The translations under genes were made by a program, and so were the position numbers. Source: Bacteroidales bacterium (GTDB lineage: Bacteria > Bacteroidota > Bacteroidia > Bacteroidales > UBA12077). From it: a DNA stretch of 64,000 bases. The stretch covers positions 43,733 to 107,732 of the forward strand of contig WTBR01000035.1 in assembly GCA_013138975.1 (NCBI GenBank). The letters are read 5' to 3'. The notes under the pieces were generated by a model that did no database searches, was not told the origin of the DNA, and was given only the letters and a program-made list of their open reading frames with translations. Of this stretch, positions 59,965 to 64,000 are shown in pieces. How positions within the stretch are numbered: position 1 is the first letter of the stretch; each line of letters opens with the position of its first letter.

Positions 59965-60765
59965 TTATAATTTTAAAGTTTGTTCTATAAGTTCTGCAAT
60001 ATCGTAATTTTTTATTTCCTCTTCCTTGTTTTTGTATTTTAATCCATCAGTCATCATTACCATGCAATATGGACAAGCAGTTACTATAATATCAGCATTT
60101 GTTTCTAAAGCATCTTCTGTACGTTCAATAAAAACTTCCTTATCACCCTTTTCTGCTTCTTTAAACATTTGTCCACCACCAGCTCCACAACATAAAGCAT
60201 TACTTTTATTTCGCTTCATTTCTACTTTCTTTGAAGGAATGGCTGCTAAAACCTCTCTTGGTGCATTGTATTCATCATTAGCACGTCCAAGATAACAAGG
60301 ATCATGATATGTTAAAGTTTTATCTTTAAATAAATCACTTTCAATTTTAAGTTTGCCTTCAGCAATTAGCTGTTGTAAAAATTGGGTGTGATGCAATACT
60401 TCGTAATTTCCGTCATACTCTGAATATTCATTCTTAAATGTATTAAAAGCATGGGGATCACAAGTAAGTATCTTTTTAACTTCGTAAGAATTTAATAGTT
60501 CTATGTTCATCATTGCTTGCATCTGAAATAACATTTCATTACCTGCACGACGAGCAACATCTCCGCTTGATGATTCTTCAACACCTAAAACAGCATAACT
60601 GATATTTAAGTGAGTTAAAATCTTCACAAAAGCACGTGTAACTTTTTTATATCTATCATCGAATGCTCCAGCACTACCTACCCAAAGTAAATACTCTGGC
60701 TTTTCTCCTTTTGCAAAAAGGTCAGCCATTACAGGAACTTCAATTTTTTGTTTACCTTCTGTCAT
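59965..60765 (-). CDS. CCG-domain Fe-S protein (HdrD/GlpC-like)
   Basis: YHDPCYLGR, CCGAGG, TACPYC; first CCG domain partly Cys-to-Ser (WVGSAG, ESSSG). Confidence 0.9.
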   Translation of the reverse strand: MTEGKQKIEVPVMADLFAKGEKPEYLLWVGSAGAFDDRYKKVTRAFVKILTHLNISYAVLGVEESSSGDVARRAGNEMLFQMQAMMNIELLNSYEVKKILTCDPHAFNTFKNEYSEYDGNYEVLHHTQFLQQLIAEGKLKIESDLFKDKTLTYHDPCYLGRANDEYNAPREVLAAIPSKKVEMKRNKSNALCCGAGGGQMFKEAEKGDKEVFIERTEDALETNADIIVTACPYCMVMMTDGLKYKNKEEEIKNYDIAELIEQTLKL

Positions 60766-60794
60766 ATTAAAATATATTTCGGTCTAAAAAGGTT

Positions 60795-62111
60795 TTACTT
60801 ATTAATATACAATTCATCAGCCCACAACATTCTATCGTCTTGTGAGAATTGCCAAGGAGCTCCATTATTTTCAATATTACTAAAAATAGCATTTAGCTCC
60901 CCAGGAGCAGCTGCCTGTTCCATAACAATATATCTTCTTAACTCAAGTATTGACGAAACCTGATCAATATTTACAGGACAAGCGTTTGTACAAGCATTAC
61001 AAGTTGTACAAGCCCATAATTCTTCGGCTGTAATTGAATCAAATAATGTTTTATCATCTGAATAATCGACTCCATTCTTATCAAGATTCTTACCGGTTAT
61101 TTCAAGTCTATCACGAATATCCATCATTACCTTTCGAGGTGATAGTTTTTTACCAGTAATATTTGCAGGACAAACGCTTGTACATCTACCACACTCAGTA
61201 CATGTATATGCATCCATAAGATGCTTCCAGGTTAAGTCTTTAACATCCTGTGCACCAAATGCAACCTCTTCAGCATTTTCGTCCATTGGTGGTTCTTCAC
61301 CACTCAGCATACTTTTTACCTCAGTAGTAATTGATGACATATTAGCTAATTTACCTACTGGTTCTAATTTTGTATAATAAACATTAAAGAAGGATAAGAA
61401 TACATGGAAGTGTTTTGAATAAGGTATATAATTTAAGAAAATCATAATACCTACAATATGTAACCACCAACAAGTTCTTTCAATAAGAATTAATGTTTCT
61501 GATGGAAGGTTTTTTAACATTGGAACGAAGAATGAACTCAAGAAAAAAGATCCTACTTCGTGGTAATGCGCTACTCCCCTTGTTTGAAGAATATAATCAG
61601 AAGCATTCATAAAAAAGATTGATGTCATTAAAATAACTTCAGCAATCAAAATTAGGTTTGCATCTAAACGTGGCCACCATTTCATTTCAGGTTTCCAGAA
61701 TCTATCAAGTTTCAAAACATTTCTTCTTATTAAGAATGCAATACATCCAATCATAACAAAAAGTGCGAAAAACTCAAAAGAGCTTACTGCAATTGGATAT
61801 AAAAATCCAAATATTGGAGCTAGTATCCTGTGAGTTCCTGCTACTCCATCGATCATTGTTTCCAACATTTCAATGTTTACCAAAATGAAACCTGCATATA
61901 CTAATACGTGTAAAATACCTGAAATAGGTAATCTCATCATTTTTGATTGGCCAACAGCAACCTTAAGAACAAGACCCCATCTTTTTTTCTTATTATCTTT
62001 TATTTCCAGATCTCTTCCTAGCTTAATATTTCTTGAAATCTTTTTGATATTCCAAGCAAAAAAAGCAATAGCTCCAGCCCATAATAAAATAAATAATATA
62101 CTATTTATCAT
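60795..62111 (-). CDS. Membrane Fe-S oxidoreductase (FadF/EMO N-terminal half)
   Basis: TM domain with His (GILH, WWLH, SKHFH); CTECGRCTSVCP and CTTCNACTNACP. Confidence 0.9.
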   Translation of the reverse strand: MINSILFILLWAGAIAFFAWNIKKISRNIKLGRDLEIKDNKKKRWGLVLKVAVGQSKMMRLPISGILHVLVYAGFILVNIEMLETMIDGVAGTHRILAPIFGFLYPIAVSSFEFFALFVMIGCIAFLIRRNVLKLDRFWKPEMKWWPRLDANLILIAEVILMTSIFFMNASDYILQTRGVAHYHEVGSFFLSSFFVPMLKNLPSETLILIERTCWWLHIVGIMIFLNYIPYSKHFHVFLSFFNVYYTKLEPVGKLANMSSITTEVKSMLSGEEPPMDENAEEVAFGAQDVKDLTWKHLMDAYTCTECGRCTSVCPANITGKKLSPRKVMMDIRDRLEITGKNLDKNGVDYSDDKTLFDSITAEELWACTTCNACTNACPVNIDQVSSILELRRYIVMEQAAAPGELNAIFSNIENNGAPWQFSQDDRMLWADELYINK

Positions 62112-62257
62112 ATTTTTATAAGTTTATAAAGTAATGTTCATTTTAAAAAATTGATAACACTTTAATCAAGTGTCTAAAATTTAAAAATGCCCAAATGCCT
62201 AAAATTTTATTTTCTATAAAACTTTAGGCATTTTAGCTCACTTTAAGTATTTATTAA

Positions 62258-63217
62258 TTATTTAATTTCCTTAACAGCTTCAATGAAATCTGGTAAAATT
62301 TTTGCGGCATCACCAATTATTCCATAATCTGCAGCTTCAAATATAGGAGCATCTTTATCTGTATTAATAGCAACAATACATTTTGATGAACTAATACCAG
62401 CTAAATGCTGAATTGCACCAGAAATACCAGCAGCAATATATAAGTTAGGAGCAATAATTTTACCTGTTTGTCCGGTATGCTCCTCGTGAGGTCTCCAACC
62501 TTCGTCAGAAACAGGACGAGAACAAGCAGTAGCGGCACCTAATAATTCTGCTAACTCTTCAATTGGAGCCCATTGTTCACCTGATTTCATTCCACGACCA
62601 CCAGAAACAACAATTTCTGCATCGTTTAGTAAAATTTTACCCGTTTGCTTTTGAACATTAGAAACTGTTGTTTTAACATCTCCTATAGTAGCTTCAAAAT
62701 TCTCTATTGCAGGAGATTTTACATTTTCTTCAAATTCAAATGAATTTTGTGCTAATGTAAGAATCTTAACATCAGACTTAATCACAACATTAGAATATGC
62801 TTTACCAGAATATACTTTTTTAAATATAGTAAAAGGCTCAACACTTGCAGGTAATTTACTAACACCAGCACCTAATCCTGCTTTTAATTTTACTGATAAT
62901 CGTGGAGCTAGAGCTTTACCCATATTATTCTGAGCAATAATTACAACTGTAGCTTCTTCTTTTGTTGCAACTTCTGCAATAACGGAAGTATACACTTGAT
63001 TATCTAAATTCTTTAATTTATCATTGTTTACAGATACAATTTTATCCGCAGCATAATTCCCAAGTTTCTTAAGTTCATCTTCCTGAACATCTCCTATTGA
63101 AAGGACAACAGTTTGGGTATTTAACATTTCAGCAATTTTACTTGCGTACGAAACTAATTCAAAAGACATTTTCTTGAATTTTCCATCCCAGTTTTCTGTA
63201 AATACTAATACTGACAT
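62258..63217 (-). CDS. etfA: Electron transfer flavoprotein alpha subunit
   Basis: VVSGGRG, GQTGK, GISGAIQHLAG, AINTDKDAPIF. Confidence 0.96.
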   Translation of the reverse strand: MSVLVFTENWDGKFKKMSFELVSYASKIAEMLNTQTVVLSIGDVQEDELKKLGNYAADKIVSVNNDKLKNLDNQVYTSVIAEVATKEEATVVIIAQNNMGKALAPRLSVKLKAGLGAGVSKLPASVEPFTIFKKVYSGKAYSNVVIKSDVKILTLAQNSFEFEENVKSPAIENFEATIGDVKTTVSNVQKQTGKILLNDAEIVVSGGRGMKSGEQWAPIEELAELLGAATACSRPVSDEGWRPHEEHTGQTGKIIAPNLYIAAGISGAIQHLAGISSSKCIVAINTDKDAPIFEAADYGIIGDAAKILPDFIEAVKEIK

Positions 63218-63288
63218 ATCTTATTTTATTTAATTCTTATTTAAGTTAATTTTTAACCTACCGGTTCGGCAGGCTGATGATTCCTGAT

Positions 63289-64000
63289 TTAGATAACCTT
63301 TGCTTCATTTTGAAGCAAGCTTACTAATTCTTTTACATTTTCAGGTTCAATCATTTTACACGCTGGTTTAGCTTGTGGTAATTCAAAATTAACAATTTCA
63401 GTTAATGCTTCAATCTCAACTGGAGCAACCACATTTAAAGGCTTTTTACGAGCCATCATAATTCCACGCATTGCCGCAATCATTGGTTCCTTAGCAATAC
63501 CTTTTTGTACGATTGATACAACTGGTAATTCAGAAGTTACATCTTCAGTACCACCATCAATTTCACGTGTTATATTAACTTGTCCATTTTCAATATTCAT
63601 TTTTGATACCGCAGAAATTGAAGGAATATTCAAAAATTCTGCAATCATTCCACCTACTGCAGAACCATTATAATCTGCCGACTCAATTCCACTAAAAATT
63701 AAATCGAAAGGATTGCTTTTTAAGTACTCTGCAATTTGAGCCGCTACATAATATGCATCTTTTGGTTCAGCATCCACTCGTACTGCATCATCAGCACCAA
63801 TAGCTAAAGCTTTTCTCATCGTTGGTTCTGCGTCTTTTCCACCTACAGTAATAACTGTAATATTATCAATTGAATTTGCTGCATCTGATTTAAGTTCTAT
63901 AGCTCTGGTCAATGCTAGTTCATCCCAAGGATTAATAATCCACTGCACTCCGGTAGTATCAAAAGCTGTATTATCATTTACAAACTTAGCTTTCGTTGTA
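63289..64000 (-). CDS. etfB: Electron transfer flavoprotein beta subunit (5' end lies beyond the window)
   Basis: INPWDELAL, RKALAIGAD, GIMMARKK; frame open to the window edge. Confidence 0.94.
   Translation of the reverse strand, partial: TTKAKFVNDNTAFDTTGVQWIINPWDELALTRAIELKSDAANSIDNITVITVGGKDAEPTMRKALAIGADDAVRVDAEPKDAYYVAAQIAEYLKSNPFDLIFSGIESADYNGSAVGGMIAEFLNIPSISAVSKMNIENGQVNITREIDGGTEDVTSELPVVSIVQKGIAKEPMIAAMRGIMMARKKPLNVVAPVEIEALTEIVNFELPQAKPACKMIEPENVKELVSLLQNEAKVI

Overview
AT-rich chromosomal window from an anaerobic Bacteroidota (Bacteroidales/Marinilabiliales-like, inferred from FISUMP, DUF5777, S46 peptidase, a CcsBA fusion and Bacteroidota-type REPs). 1-8 kb: accessory region with a STAND-like ATPase, secreted TPR proteins and a tandem TPR-FISUMP array ending in a relic third copy. 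9-17.5 kb: bifurcating-type [FeFe]-hydrogenase (HydABCD) preceded by a DRTGG/kinase/PHP/hydrogenase-like sensory module. 19-35.4 kb: a multiheme cytochrome island with 38 predicted heme-c motifs. It holds a 19-heme CbcL-like and a 7-heme CbcBA-like quinol oxidoreductase, a tetraheme c554-like protein, three heme lipoproteins, a DUF5777 barrel, a NapH-like protein, CcsBA and a Crp/Fnr regulator with FNR-type boxes. It is my best candidate for an undescribed Bacteroidota extracellular electron-transfer system. 35.8-40.6 kb: orphan FkbK-H-J-I (hydroxymalonyl-ACP-type) cassette interrupted by an insertion. 41.5-48.9 kb: TonB receptor-MFS-hemN-hemG-hemH operon, a possible porphyrin/iron salvage route. 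49-52.6 kb: second, non-bifurcating-type [FeFe]-hydrogenase sharing a 35-bp Rex-like operator with the first. 53-64 kb: housekeeping genes and an ETF/Fe-S oxidoreductase/acyl-CoA dehydrogenase cluster. All family calls come from motifs read by eye, not database searches. No rRNA, tRNA, CRISPR array or intact transposase was seen.
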